Positions 21,724-34,460 of a stretch of DNA of 64,000 bases are shown in pieces. The position numbers were made by a program, and so were the translations under genes. Positions within the stretch are counted from its first letter, which is position 1. Every line of letters starts with the position of its first letter. The DNA comes from Nemertoderma westbladi (taxonomy: Eukaryota > Animalia > Xenacoelomorpha), in assembly GCA_032718475.1 (NCBI GenBank), contig JAUCBJ010002827.1, positions 38,798 through 102,797 on the forward strand, read 5' to 3'. A model generated the notes under the pieces. That model saw only the letters and a list, made by a program, of their open reading frames with translations. It was not told the origin of the DNA and did not search any database.

Positions 21724-22799
21724 GGCAACTGCAAAGTGAAATATATAACGGCAGAAAGTGTTTACATGGGCCCAAGATTAAAATAAAGCTGCTGAAAATA
21801 ATGTTACAGTTCTTTTTCTTGTATTCTATGATACATAAAGGATAATTAAATTATTATAATTGCATTAAACATACTGTATAATATAGAACTTATGTCCATT
21901 AACTTTGCACGAATTATCTGCATTGCTATTCCCATAACAGAAGTTTCCAATGCGATTTCGTCGTTAAGGCTGTGACGGTGACCCCCCTGTGTATCAATAC
22001 CGTTTTCATTTTCACCACAATCCCAAACAGCGCCAGTTTAGTTTTATACTGTAGCTTGGATCGTTCGTCAATAGTCTCTGCGTCTCTCCTTTGTATATTT
22101 ATTGCTAAATTCATCAATTATTCTAGAACCAACCTGCAATAAATATAAAACGTTAGTTTGTTATTTTCATAATTGCTCAGCAGTGGGGGCAACATACAGT
22201 ACATGAAACATTTAAAAGCTCATATCTCAGCAATTCCTCGAAGAGTTTGTTACTGTACATATTGTAATTTGTGGAAGTTTGGTGCCATACAGTAGGTATA
22301 GTTTGGTGTAAGTTGGATGCAGAGTGGAAGTGGAAGTGCAGTGGAAGTTGGGTGTAGTGGGGTGGAACTGTGTGGGTGTAGTTGGCTGAAAGTTGGGTGT
22401 AGTTGGGTGAAAGTTGGGTGTAGTTGGGTGAAAGTTGGGTGTAGTTGGGTGTAGTTGGGTGAAAGTTGGGTGAAGTGGGATGCACTCGATCCTCCGTGGA
22501 ATTCCCATTATGAACATCACATATACTGATATATTTCGCCTGGACGGATGCATCGCGCTTATTCAATCTAAACATTACTATATGATTGTGATCAGGCAGG
22601 CAGGTTATGGTTGATATCAGTTAATGCGATGCCTTTGATAAATTGCGCAAAGGGCGATTAAGTACTGTAATACAGTAGATAGTGTGGTTGCGTTTCCGCC
22701 AACATCTCTTTCCAAGCTTGGTGAGAATAACTCTTCCGGGAAGAAAAATATACTCGATTTATGACTACCATCATCTGATCATATGTTGACGTCACATTA

Positions 22800-23672
22800 A
22801 ATAAACACAAATAAACAAAAACACACACAAACAAAAGCAAACAAAACACACAAAAACACACAAAAACACACAAAAACAAACAGAAACACACAAAAACATA
22901 CAATTCACACAAAAACACACAAAAACATACAATTCACATAAAAACACACAAAACAAACAAAAACACACAAAAACAAACAAAGGCAAACAAAACAAACAAA
23001 AACAAACAAAAACACAAAAACAAATAAACAAAAACACACACAAACAAACAAAAGCAAACAAAACACACAAAAACAAACAAAAGAAACATAACGAAACAAA
23101 ACACACAAAAAGAAACAAAAACACACAAAAACAAACAGAAACACACAAAAACATACAATTCACACAAAAACACACAAAAACATACAATTCACACAAAAAC
23201 ACACAAAACAAACAAAAACACACAAAAACAAACAAAGGCAAACAAAACAAACAAAAACAAACAAAAACACAAAAACAAACACAAATAAACAAAAACACAC
23301 ACAAACAAACAAAAGCAAACAAAACACACAAAAACAAACAAAAGAAACATAAAGAAACAGAACACACAAAAAGAAACAAAAACACACAAAAACAAACAGA
23401 AACACACAAAAACATACAATTCACACAAAAACACACAAAAACATACAATTCACACAAAAACACACAAAACAAACAAAAACACACAAAAACAAACAAAAAC
23501 ACACAAAAACAAACAAAAACACACAAAAACACACAAAACACACAAAAACAAACAAAAACACACAAAAACAAACAAAACATACAAAAACAAACAAAAACAC
23601 ACAAAAACAAACAAAAACACACAAAAACAAAACAAAGACACAGAAAAACAACAAAAACAAACAAACAAAAAC
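22800..23672. repeat. (ACACAAAAAC/ACAAACAAAA)n low-complexity satellite with about 255-bp higher-order duplication
   Basis: Direct inspection; same motif as in the TIRs of the enclosing element. Confidence 0.9.
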
Positions 23673-25173
23673 TTTGTTTTTGTTTTAAAACAAAACAAAA
23701 CATTTATTTTGTAACAATATATCACTCTCTTTTATTAAAGAATTAAGCCACAATAAAGTACCAAATTAAGAATAAAATTACTTAGGCCTATATTACATAG
23801 GGGAAAAAAAACTTAAGAACATATAAGCCGTGAAGTTTATAACTGGTCTTGCTTTCCCATGTAATAAATAAATTAGTTTTATCATGGCCATTCAATTCCA
23901 CTACAATTCCGATTTTATTACCGATTTTAAAATATTATTACATTTTTAAAAAATGTTGTTTATAGGCCTACTACAGTATGATTCTTCTGCAAATATATTT
24001 ATTACATCGTCCCAATAAATCACATCAAACTTCCCGTTTCTCTACTGTATACTTAATAAATCCAAACTACTTAAACGATCTTGTAATTGTAAATATAGTA
24101 ATAGCATTGTTGTTGCAAGTGGCAAGCCCTGGGTGATTTAATAATAAAATGGTTTTGTAAGTGTTTTATTCCATCAATAGGCCCAATAAAATAATTAATT
24201 TTTTTTTAAATTATTTAATTATTTTCTAATCCCCAGCCCCCCCCCCCCCCCACCCTCGGTATGCCTCTGTTAAGCATACATGAGTATGAAATACAGACAC
24301 AGGGTGTTATAATGACAAAGTATGAATGAATCGAGCTAATACTGTAGTTTCAGATTCGCAGGTAGAATTTAATGTGACGTCAACATATGATCAGATGATG
24401 GTAGTCATAAATCGAGTATATTTTTCTTCCCGGAAGAGTTATTCTCACCAAGCTTGGAAAGAGATGTTGGCGGAAACGCAACCACACTATCTACTGTATT
24501 ACAGTAAATAATCGCCCTTTGCGCAATTTATCAAAGGCATCATTAACTGATATCAACCATAACCTGCCTGCCTGATCACAATCATATAGTAATGTTTAGA
24601 TTGAATAAGCGCGATGCATCCGTCCAGGCGAAATATATGTGATGTTCATAATGGGAATTCCACAGAGGATCGAGTGCATCAATGATCTAATTTATACTGA
24701 AGGTACCTGTAGAGTGTAGACTACTGGACTATGCCTATAGGTATTTCAGCAATAACTATTGCGTTTTGGATTACAATTAATTACATCCATACAGACAAAC
24801 AGGCATACAAACAGACAACAACCCAAACCGCAATGATAATTACCTTTGCAGGCATTTCATATATGTGCCGTATGTTTTTGTCTGTTTTTGTGTGTTTTTG
24901 TATGTTTTTGTGTGTTTTTGTGTGTTTTTGTGAGTTTTTGTGTGTTTTTGTGTGTTTTTGTGTGTTTTTGTGAGTTTTTGTGTGTTTTTGTGTGTTTTTG
25001 GTGTAAATAGACGTCCCCAATACATAGAGATTCCAGTCTGGCAAACAGTGAGCTGTGCTGCAGTACTGCAGTAATGGTACCGGTACCGGTAGCCTAGCTC
25101 TGTAGCCAGGTAGCTGTTAGGATTATTACAGTATTAGGCCTACTGCTGTACTGTATTACCGGTATACATTTCC

Positions 25174-25969
25174 ATGCCTGTCTTACGGGGTCATCTCTTC
25201 CCCAACAACATGGAGACGCTATTGGCCGATTCCGACAAGGATATCAACGAACGCGTGCGAATACTCGAGATAAAGATAGCGGAACAGGACGAAGAAATAT
25301 CGCTTCTACGAGACACTCTCCTAGAAGTGGTCAACAACCTCAAGGAACACCCTCCAAAGGCAAAAAAACTTGTAAACAAATTCGCCCACCGCCGACCCTC
25401 CGCCTATTCTGCTTCTAGTTCCCCTATAGCTTCATCCAACCATCTGCACCCATCCAACTCAACCTCCAGACTCTCTGTATCTTCTGGTCCCATTGAATCA
25501 TCCTCGCCATCATCATCCGTAAACTCTTCGTTAAAGTCTAGAAACCGACAACTCAAGTATTCTTCAGGCAGTTTAAACCATTTCGGTTCGGCTAGCGACC
25601 TCAACCAATCAGCGTCTTCCAGCCCTAGACCAACTAAGCCGACAGCCAATCACCTCTCATCCCGACGTGCCAGTAGCGCCGTTCTACCCACTAAAGCCTT
25701 ACAGCGTCGATCCTCATTGGGTAACGTGTTGAGTAGTCGACCGTCGGAGGTGTCGAACCAGCGTCGGACTATCTACGACCCAGAGACCGGGACTGTCTGT
25801 CTGCAGGATGGCGTCTCCAGGACTGTGTTACACGGGACCTCCGACCCGTCTGTTACCGTCACACCGTGTCCCATCGAGTCTCTGCAGTTGGTCTGGGCTC
25901 AAGGTTATAGAGGGAAGGATTCCAGACGGAATCTGTTCCTTCTACCAACTGGCGAGCTCTTATACACAG
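25174..25969 (+). CDS. EML1: Echinoderm microtubule-associated protein-like (EMAP/EML1-4 type), exon 1
   Basis: Trimerisation coiled coil ERVRILEIKIAEQDEEISLLRDTL, Ser-rich basic linker, HELP motif LQLVWAQGYRGKDSRRNLFLLPTGELLY; phase-1 GT donor at 25970. Alternative ATG at 25210. The symbol denotes the family; orthology is not resolved. Confidence 0.85.
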
Positions 25970-26829
25970 GTAGGCGACACTCGCGATGTTATATAAATTA
26001 AATTAAACATTGATCTTTATTATTTTTATTTAACATTTATAATTTGTACTTTTATTAATTGTTATTTTTTAAGTAGAACCAATGTCATTGGGCATTTATT
26101 CCTCGGCTACGCCTTGGAAAAAATGTGCACATTCTACTTTTCCACGAAAATGCGGATAAAAAAGTCGGACAAAAAAATAGTTATTTATTTTTGTAAAAGA
26201 AATAGTTATATCTGTTGTGAAATTAAATTCCCATCGATTTTCAACCAAGGGTTTCAGATTTGCTGATAAACTATAGGGCCTAAGCTCTTAACGTTCTGCT
26301 TCTGATGTTCTTTTATCAGTTTATAGGGGCCTATTGAAATATAAAACATCTGAAATTTTTTTTTAAGAATTTACTTTTCCTACGCTCCACACAGTCTGAA
26401 CCTGATGATATGTTAGTATTCTTTGTATCTGATCTGACAGTCTGATCTGATCTGACAGCATCTGATCCTATAACCAATCAGGAGAAAGAGATATAATCTT
26501 TACCTAACTGTCTGTTAGGTAAATAGCCAATAGCTGAATAGGGGATCACGTTTCACGTTGCCAGTTTATGTATCAGTATCATCACATGACGTAGCAGTGT
26601 AGGCATACCGGTATGCATCTAATGCACAAAGGCATGTTATTATATATTAAAAATGCGATATAGGTTGAAGGTTTGTTACGCTAAAGGCAGAAAGTGAAGT
26701 CAGGAAAGGGTATCTCTCTATGCCTACTGTGTAGTGTGTATATTAAGAAACACTTAACATGCTCCATATTGCCAGCTGATACAGTGGAATTTACAGTATA
26801 CCCAGACGATGAAGGAATATCTGAATATG

Positions 26830-27120
26830 GGAAGGTGGATGGGAATGTGGGAATTAATAAACGCTGTTGTTACCTTCCAATTGAAGGAAAAGAGCAGGTT
26901 ACAGCGGCTGTAATTTCTAACCATAACAATAAACGACGTTGTTACCTACAAATTGAGGGAAAGGAGCAGATTACCGAGACAGGGTTTTCTAACCAAAACA
27001 ATAAACGAATTTGTTACCTACCAATTGAGGGAAAGGAGAATGTTACCGCGGTTGACTTTTCTAACCAAAACAATAAACAACCAGCGGACACCCTTCCCAC
27101 ATTCCCATCCACCCACCCAC
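26830..27120. repeat. Three about 66-bp tandem units of a dispersed repeat (CCAATTGAGGGAAAGGAGCAG..TTCTAACCAAAACAATAAAC)
   Basis: The motif recurs at about 36070-36330, 54482-54600, 58975-59030 and 61645-61780. Confidence 0.6.
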
Positions 27121-27963
27121 CCATGTGGCAATAATAGCTGATAGGTTGATAAAGAATTAGCATAAACATAATTAGTTAAGTACTATTAGTAGTAAGAAGA
27201 TTGTGATATCGTGTTAAAGTTAATTGGGAAAACAATCAGCTGTAGTTGTTGAATTGGAGCCGTAAGTGTGTCATGGGGGGGGAGAGAGTACCAGAAAGGG
27301 AGAGAGGGCAGATTGCGTGATGTGTAGTGTAGGTTGAAGTGAGAGAGTGAGAGTTTTAATAAAAAATATCGACCAATAAAAAAATCGACCGAAAAGTGAA
27401 ATCCTGGTATTCTTCACATGGGCCGGCACCAAAATTTGGCATCAGCCGCTAAAAACAAGTTTAAAATTTCTAGCTTATTTTATTTGAATTCCTTTTAGTT
27501 CGTTTCAGTTAGTCTTTTAGTTAGTATCAGGGGGGGGGGGGGGGTGGTGGGGGGGTTTATATTGACCCCCCCCCCCCCGGGTTTAAGGGGAATACCGGGG
27601 AAATTTCACATGCTGACATAGGCAGAAAGTCCAGTACTCATTTAGCTACCGTTTAAGGATGCAAGGCAGAGATGCCTCGCTAAACCCTTCAAAAATTCGT
27701 GCCGAAACGAAAAAATGTGAATTCAATATAACCACTACACCAAGGTCGGCTCTGAACCAAGGTGGAACAAGTGTCAGATACCGTCAGATCAGATCAGATA
27801 AGGACAGACGTTTTAGCCATCCTAGAATAATGTTGTTCTGTCTGATATTGTAGTGCGTGAATATGCGATAGTTCAGCATTACTTGTTATTTATTTGACAG
27901 TTTTAGTTAATATTACGTTATTCGAGTTAGAATCACTTTTACTGTAACATTCTCCCCCTATAG

Positions 27964-28454
27964 TGGCGGCGTTGGCTGTTCTTTACGACCCGACAATGCG
28001 ACGCCAACGGCACTACACGTCGCACACAGCCGAGATCCGTTCGATCTCGGTTCACCCGGACTGTGTCACCGTGGCGACCAGCCAGGACGGATCCATCCCC
28101 TCAGATCCCCGGGTCCTCGTCTGGGACTCACTCTCGATGCGCACGCTCGCCGCTGTGGGGCGCTGCTGCACCGGGGGTGTCTCCTGTCTCGGCTTCTCCG
28201 CTGGGGGGCGCGACTCCGGCCGTCTGCTCGTCGGTATCGATGACAACCAGCCCGAACGGACCCTGTTCCTGTGGGATTGGACCCGTCGCGATGGGTCCGC
28301 GGGTGAACCCGTCGGGTTGGTGGCCTCTCGGGAAGTCGTCGGGTTGCCTGTCGGCTGTTCGTTCTTCCCCGATCGCTCCGATCGGTTCCTCGTCTTCGGG
28401 AAGGCCGGAATCGATTGTTGGACCTTCACAACGTCCACCAATGAAGGACAGAAG
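27964..28454 (+). CDS. EML1: EML exon 2 (WD40/TAPE)
   Basis: AG acceptor 27962-27963; VAALAVLYD..QRHYTSHT..VHPD..VATSQ..VWDS..LWDW; phase-0 GT at 28455. Confidence 0.88.
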
Positions 28455-28591
28455 GTTAGCGGTTTGGTTTATATGTCCAATATAGTAATATGTAATCTCA
28501 CATTAACATCTTTAACCATTATTATTACTAACAGGTAGTTGTGCAGAGCGAACTGGTTTCTCATCCTCAGAGATTGTTTATTAAGCGATAA

Positions 28592-28963
28592 AGGCCTGTT
28601 TACACGCGGCAACTTGTAGAGCAACTTTCTCTGCAACTAGCAACTTTTTTGGAGCAACTTAATTTAATCGCTGTTTACACGTGGCAACTTTACCAGCAAC
28701 TTGGCCGGCAACTTTTAGAGCAACTTGGCTAGTTTAAATGTAAAATAGTGGGTCATTTTATCTACTAGCTAGTTTTTGATAATCTAATTTGATTATCCCG
28801 CTTTAATTCGCCAAAGCAAATTCCTTCAAGTTGCCGTAATCGTTGAGTAACTGTTACGGCAACGTTTTTACGTGTTTACACGGAGCAACTTGATCGGCAA
28901 CATGGGTTGCTCTACAAGTTGCCGAGAAAGTTGCTCTCAAAGTTGCCACGTGTAAACAGGCCT
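28592..28963. mobile_element. PIF/Harbinger (Tourist-like) MITE
   Basis: TIR AGGCCTGTTTACACG; TAA TSD on both sides; subterminal GCAAC repeats. Confidence 0.85.
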
Positions 28964-29082
28964 TAAGCCGTCTTGGAAAAAAAACAAGAAATTAACATTT
29001 GGTACAGTTTTAACTAACCTAAAGTGCCGTATTTCATTTTTTCAACCTTTGAAAATTATTTAATATGATTAGCTGGGTTCTG

Positions 29083-30126
29083 GGACAGTTTAGCCCTCCG
29101 GACAGTAGTCCCCCGGACAGTTAGTAGCCCCCTGGACTGTAGGCCACCGGACAGTAGTCCCCCGGACAGTAGTCCCCCGACAGTAGTCCCCCGGACAGTA
29201 CCCCTGACGTAGCCCCTGACTGTAGGCCACCGGACAGTAGTCCCCCGGACAGTAGTACCCCCCGTGACAGTAGTCCCCCGGACAGTTAGCCCCCTGGACT
29301 GTAGGCCACCGGACAGTAGTCCCCCGACAGTAGCCCCCCGTACAGTTAGTAGCCCCCTGGACTGTAGGCCACCGGACAGTAGTCCCCCGGACAGTTAGTA
29401 GTCCCCCGGACAGTTAGTAGCCCCTTGTACTGTAGGCCACCGGACAGTAGTCCCCCGGACAGTAGTCCCGCGGACAGTAGCACCACCGTACAGTTAGTAG
29501 CCCGCTGGACTGTAAGCCACCAGACAGTAGTCCCCGGACAGTAGTCCCGCGGACAGTAGCCCACCGTACAGTTAGTAGCCCCCTGGACTGTAGGCCACCG
29601 GACAGTAGTCCCCCGGACAGTTAGTAGCCCCCCGTACAGTTAGTACCCCCTGGACTGTAGGCCACCGGACAGTAGTCCCCCGGACAGTTAGTAGCCCCCT
29701 GTACTGTAAGACACCAGACAGTAGTCCCCCGGACAGTAGTCCCGCGGACAGTAGACCACCGTACAGTTAGTAGCCCCTGGACTGTAGGCCACCGGACAGT
29801 AGTCCCCCGGACAGTTAGTAGCCCCCGGACAGTAGTCCCCGACGTAGCCACACGTAGTCCCCCGGACAGTTAGTAGCCCCCTGTACTGTAGGCCACCGGA
29901 CAGTAGCCCCCCGGACAGTAGTCCCCCCGTACAGTTAGTAGCCCCCGGACAGTTAGTAGCTCCCTGACTGTAGGCCACCGGACAGTAGTGCCCCCTGGAC
30001 AGTAGGCCCCCGGACAGTAGTCCCCCGGACAGTAGCCCCCGACGTAGCCCCGGTTAGTAGCCCCCCGTACAGTTAGTAGCCCCTAGACTAGTAGCCACCA
30101 TCCGGACAGTAGTCCCCCGGACAGTA
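29083..30126. repeat. GC-rich intronic satellite built from CAGTAGTCCCCCGGA / CAGTTAGTAGCCCC / CTGTAGGCCACCGGA modules
   Basis: Direct inspection. Confidence 0.9.
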
Positions 30127-30547
30127 ATAGACCCTGGCCGTTTTTGAGTGTTTTTTTAATTGGTAAATGTTCTAGAACCTTAGTAGATATTTTTTTTATG
30201 GTAGCTAGTGTTTTTTGAAAATTATTTTGGTCATTAATATATTCCGCAACAGTTTAAAGCTGAAATATCCATCGAAAAATTCTTCAAAAACCACCAGCTG
30301 TTCTAGAATATTCACCAATACCAAAAAAAACATTAAAAAAAATATCATATTCTGGAATTTCTGTGATATAAAATCCCGGGGGGCTACTGCTATAATACTG
30401 ATTCCAGAAAACAGCGATGAAATACATTCCTTGAAAGATAATTCAGTAATTCGAACTTTGAGGTAATTTTTGGCTCGTAAAAGGAGCAGTTTGCCAGAGT
30501 TGCAGAGCTCATCGGGTTTCTTTATGTAAATTGTTATTGTATTCCAG

Positions 30548-31903
30548 GATTGTTCTCTCACCGTACGCGCCTTAATGTTCGACCCGTTACCCCGCCCACG
30601 CACCGTCTCCTGCCTCGCCTTCGACGAGTCCGGCCGTCCGGTGTCCGGCGACTCGGACGGGAACCTCGTCCAGTGGGATCCCGTCTCGTTGCGGCCCCGC
30701 ACCTACATCGTGGGGGCGCACCCGGGGGGCGGGGTGTTCGCGGTGCTGCCACTCCCGGACGGGGGGCTGCTAACCGGGGGCGGGAAGGACGGCCGCGTCT
30801 ACCAGTGGAGTCTGGACGCCCCTAGCGGGGAGCCCCTGCTACTGGTCGCGCTCCCCGAGACGGCCGGCGGTGTCCGCACGCTGCTAGCCGAGTCCGTGAG
30901 TAAGTCGTTGTACATCGGGACAACGAGAAACCTTATTGTAACGGCGAGTAGCGGGGATGACTCTGGGTCAATGTCCCTCTCGCACGGGACAAAGTCGCAG
31001 GGATCAGCGTCCCTCACGCACGCGACTAAATCACTCACACATGGGACAATGTCCCTGTCCCCTACGCCGTTAGTTCTGGGACACAGCGAGGAGTTATGGG
31101 GCCTCGCGACTCACCCAACTCGCCCCGAGTTCGTTACCGGCGGGTTGGACGGTTTGGTAGCGGCGTGGGGGCTGCGGGACGGCGTCCCGCTACCGCTGTG
31201 GACCCATCGTCTAGACGACGGGGTCACCTCGGTAGGGTTGCACCCGCACTGGGACATAGTCGTAGTCGGTACACAGAGCGGCCGCTGGATGGCCTTCAAC
31301 TCCAACAACAGAAACCTTTTAGCAACTCATTCGGATTCCTCCCAACAAATAAACGTTCTAGAATTCTCACCGGATGGTTGTAGACTGGCGGTTGGTTGCC
31401 ACGATAAACACGTTTATGTTTACTCCGTGTTGGACTCCGGAAAACGTTTCGGTAAGGCTGGACGATGCGTTGGGCATACGGAGTACGTGGCGGCCGTTGA
31501 TTGGTCGGTTGATTCCGCGTATATTCGGAGCTCCGCCGGGGATTTAGCGTTGCGGTACTGGTCGGTGGCGCACTGCCGGTTGGTTGCGGCCCCCGAGAGC
31601 ATGGTGGGCACCGCGTGGGCCACGCAGCGGTGTCTGGTGACCCGGGATACGGTGGGGGTGTGGGCCGGCGACGGGGGCGAGGGGTTGACCTCCGTGGACG
31701 CGGGGGCGAACGGTTGGCTGCTGGCCGCGGGCTCGGACGCCGTCCGGTTGTATAGGTTCCCGTGTCCGAGTGTCCGGGCCGAGTGTCGGACCGCAGGCGG
31801 ACACGGGAGGGCGGTGACCGGTGTCCGGTTCCTAGCCGGGGGCTCCGGGTTGGTCTCCATAGGGGAACGTTCCTGTGTTCTATACTGGAAGATTGTCACT
31901 TAA
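30548..31903 (+). CDS. EML1: EML exon 3 (WD40/TAPE repeats to stop)
   Basis: AG acceptor 30546-30547 in frame; LLTGGGKDG, LYIGTTRN, GHSEELWGLATHP, FSPDG..LAVGCHD, CVGHTEYVAAVDWS; TAA at 31903; AATAAA at 32091. Confidence 0.92.
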   Translation, partial: DCSLTVRALMFDPLPRPRTVSCLAFDESGRPVSGDSDGNLVQWDPVSLRPRTYIVGAHPGGGVFAVLPLPDGGLLTGGGKDGRVYQWSLDAPSGEPLLLVALPETAGGVRTLLAESVSKSLYIGTTRNLIVTASSGDDSGSMSLSHGTKSQGSASLTHATKSLTHGTMSLSPTPLVLGHSEELWGLATHPTRPEFVTGGLDGLVAAWGLRDGVPLPLWTHRLDDGVTSVGLHPHWDIVVVGTQSGRWMAFNSNNRNLLATHSDSSQQINVLEFSPDGCRLAVGCHDKHVYVYSVLDSGKRFGKAGRCVGHTEYVAAVDWSVDSAYIRSSAGDLALRYWSVAHCRLVAAPESMVGTAWATQRCLVTRDTVGVWAGDGGEGLTSVDAGANGWLLAAGSDAVRLYRFPCPSVRAECRTAGGHGRAVTGVRFLAGGSGLVSIGERSCVLYWKIVT

Positions 31904-33192
31904 TCGATGTGTGTGGGGGGGGGGGGGGGGGGGGGGGGGTCAACTCCAATTGCCTTCAACTTGCTGTAAACTATTTATACAATAATAACTTTTCAGTTCC
32001 AAATCGAAAGATTTCGATTTTTTAAGAGAAACCGAACAGCACACAGCGCTATCTTAGAGTAGATGCCACTACCAAGCCATTTGTTGCAGTAATAAATAAT
32101 TTAATTTGTTTTATTCTGTTGAGTTTAGCTATTAAACTTATTAATTTATTGGTTTGGGTAGCGGACTAGCGGTACTTAAATGTTGCGATTCGCTAAATAA
32201 TTCTGGTGTTTTTATAAACGATGCAGTAAATATTCAATTAACCTCATTAATGTTTTAATTTAGTGGATTTAGAAACATTTTATTTAAGTATTAAAATCGT
32301 CATTTTATTTTTCATGTTTGTTGATTAAATATAAATATACGGCCGTTTGTTGTCGTGTTGTGTTTATTGTTTTGTTTATACCTTTGTGTTTTATTATATT
32401 AATTATTGAACTGCCATCTTGTTGACGTGTTTTTATTTCATTCCATTTTTTAAATATCGGTACATTATTTATTGTTTGTTACTTTTATGCTGCTAGTTTT
32501 GGATGTAGTTGCATTACGAGTAGAGAATAATACTTACAATTAATACCTTCATATACATTACCTTTTATATAATAATTAACTTACCCAATAGAATGGGGTA
32601 AAGAATATTTATAGGTACTCAATTTTAACAAAACTCAATTTTTTGGTTTGTTCTTAAAAATAGGGTTGATAATATAATTTGTTTATATCATGTAAAGTAG
32701 CACTTTATTTGACAAGCGCTTATGATTGATGTGAAACTATACGATGCTATATACCACCAAGATACATTGCGTGACCTTAGAGCGAGGACTACACTTAGAA
32801 AAAATATCGATTCGAGAAAAACCCAAAACTATTTCCTTTGCCTCTGTGTTGATCTCACCTCCTATTTTCTGTACAGAAAGGCAGCGCACCTCATGGAGAT
32901 TATCATTATACTGGCTGCGCTGCGTTGGTTGTGGGTTGTTCTGGTTCTACTAATATCTCAATAAAAATCTTCTAAATGGACAAATAAAGTAAACGACTCA
33001 TTTTAACACATAATGTATAACGCAAGATATTCATAAATATATTTTCTTTGCCCACTTCACGTTCACACATACATTCCTATATCTGCTGCTACTCAACTGT
33101 TTAATGTATCTCACACAACCCGAGGACTTTCATTGCGGCGCAATTAATTAATAAATGTTACTGCTATATACACCATGTTGTACATTCAATTA

Positions 33193-33327
33193 GGGGGCAT
33201 CCATAAAGGACGTCCGAGGTCAGGGGGGCAGCTTGGACAGGGGGAGGGGGGGTTTCAGACCCCCACCCCCCCCGGGTGGGGGTCTGAAAATCTGAAATTT
33301 ACTCGGACGTCCTTTATGGATGCACCC
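33193..33327. mobile_element. PIF/Harbinger MITE (135 bp)
   Basis: TIR GGG(G/T)GCATCCATAAAGGACGTCCGAG; TTA TSD on both sides. Confidence 0.85.
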
Positions 33328-34132
33328 TTATCTAAAATAATTTAATTTGTTAAATGTGATCTGATCATATAAATTTTATGCCACTCAAAACGCTTAACAT
33401 TGAATTTTTCTTTATAGTCTTAAAAAATTTAATTAGGTACCCGATACTTAATTAATTTAATTCAATGTCATTACGAAATATAATTTGAATTTTCGAAATA
33501 ATTTAGCCGTTAGAACCTTAAGTTCCGTGTGTTGTATGTGGCAGTTTATAAGTATTTTTAACAAAAGAATGGTATGGGTTTACTAAGTGAGTGATATTAT
33601 TATTGTTCAATTTTCTACAACATTTATAAACCAATGAAGAACAACTTTTATTAACTGCCAATCAAACCAAAGTAATTATTAACGGCATCGCCTGATACGT
33701 TTAAACTTATTATTTTAGGTCAAGTTGCAGTTTCAGTTTCATTTTAATTATTATGATTTTTTAGCATTAATTAAATTATGTTTAATTGTTTGTACCAATT
33801 TTGTGCAAGTATTTATGTTTTTAATTTATGTTTAATTAACATTGTGTAATAAGAAGTTTTGTTTTTAATTTTTGTGATATTATCGCAATTTGTAATCACC
33901 TCAGACTATGTATTTATTAAAGTTTAGATTAATAAAAATAAGGAGCCACGTGAGAATATATAAGGTTATTATATTTTTTTTCTAGAATACTTTTAGCTAA
34001 TAAGTTAACATTCACGTTTCTCACAGATAGTAATTCCGTAATTCATTAATTTCCACTAAGAATCGCATCTCTCACAAATATAATATTTGTCTTTTCTGGA
34101 ATTGGAATCTCACAAAATTATTGTGATAGCAC

Positions 34133-34460
34133 CCTATCACCCATGACATCCGCATCCGCATCTTCAAGGCCAGTGTCCTTTAAGATGCGTCTCAAGAAAG
34201 TCATAGGCTGTCCACCATGCTTATATATTCTCCATGGGGCTGCCAAAGCACATGACTGCGCACAGGCTGGTCCTCACTGCGAAAGCAATGTCCTGCGAAG
34301 CAGAGGCGGCTCTGTTTTGTTTGGGGGAGGGGGGCAATGAGACACTTCCAATGCTGTATAGTGCTCAGTAAGCCCGGCGCATCATTCTTGTGAATGTACC
34401 ATCCAGAGATTTGGTGTCCCCGGCAGTTAGAGCCCAGCATGGACTCCCATATAGGCCATT
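34133..34460 (-). pseudogene. RTE-clade LINE 3' fragment
   Basis: SRLCFAGHCFRSEDQPV..VLWQP; shares sequence with 59175-59490. Confidence 0.65.

Larger units (their letters stand above)
17207..25018. mobile_element. 7.8-kb non-autonomous foldback/Mutator-like element with about 290-bp TIRs
   Basis: TIR GGGGACGTCTATTTACACC..(ACACAAAAAC)n at 17207-~17492 and its inverse at ~24721-25018; perfect 9-bp TSD AATACATAG (17198-17206, 25019-25027); no transposase seen. Confidence 0.88.

Noticed and set aside
22792-23725. Long F/V/C/L-rich ORFs
   Set aside because: Translations of the CA/A-rich satellite, not genes. The same applies to ORFs at 17157-17552, 24731-25044 and 29346-29978.
29083-30126. CRISPR-like array
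   Set aside because: Eukaryotic intronic satellite with no unique spacers and no cas genes.
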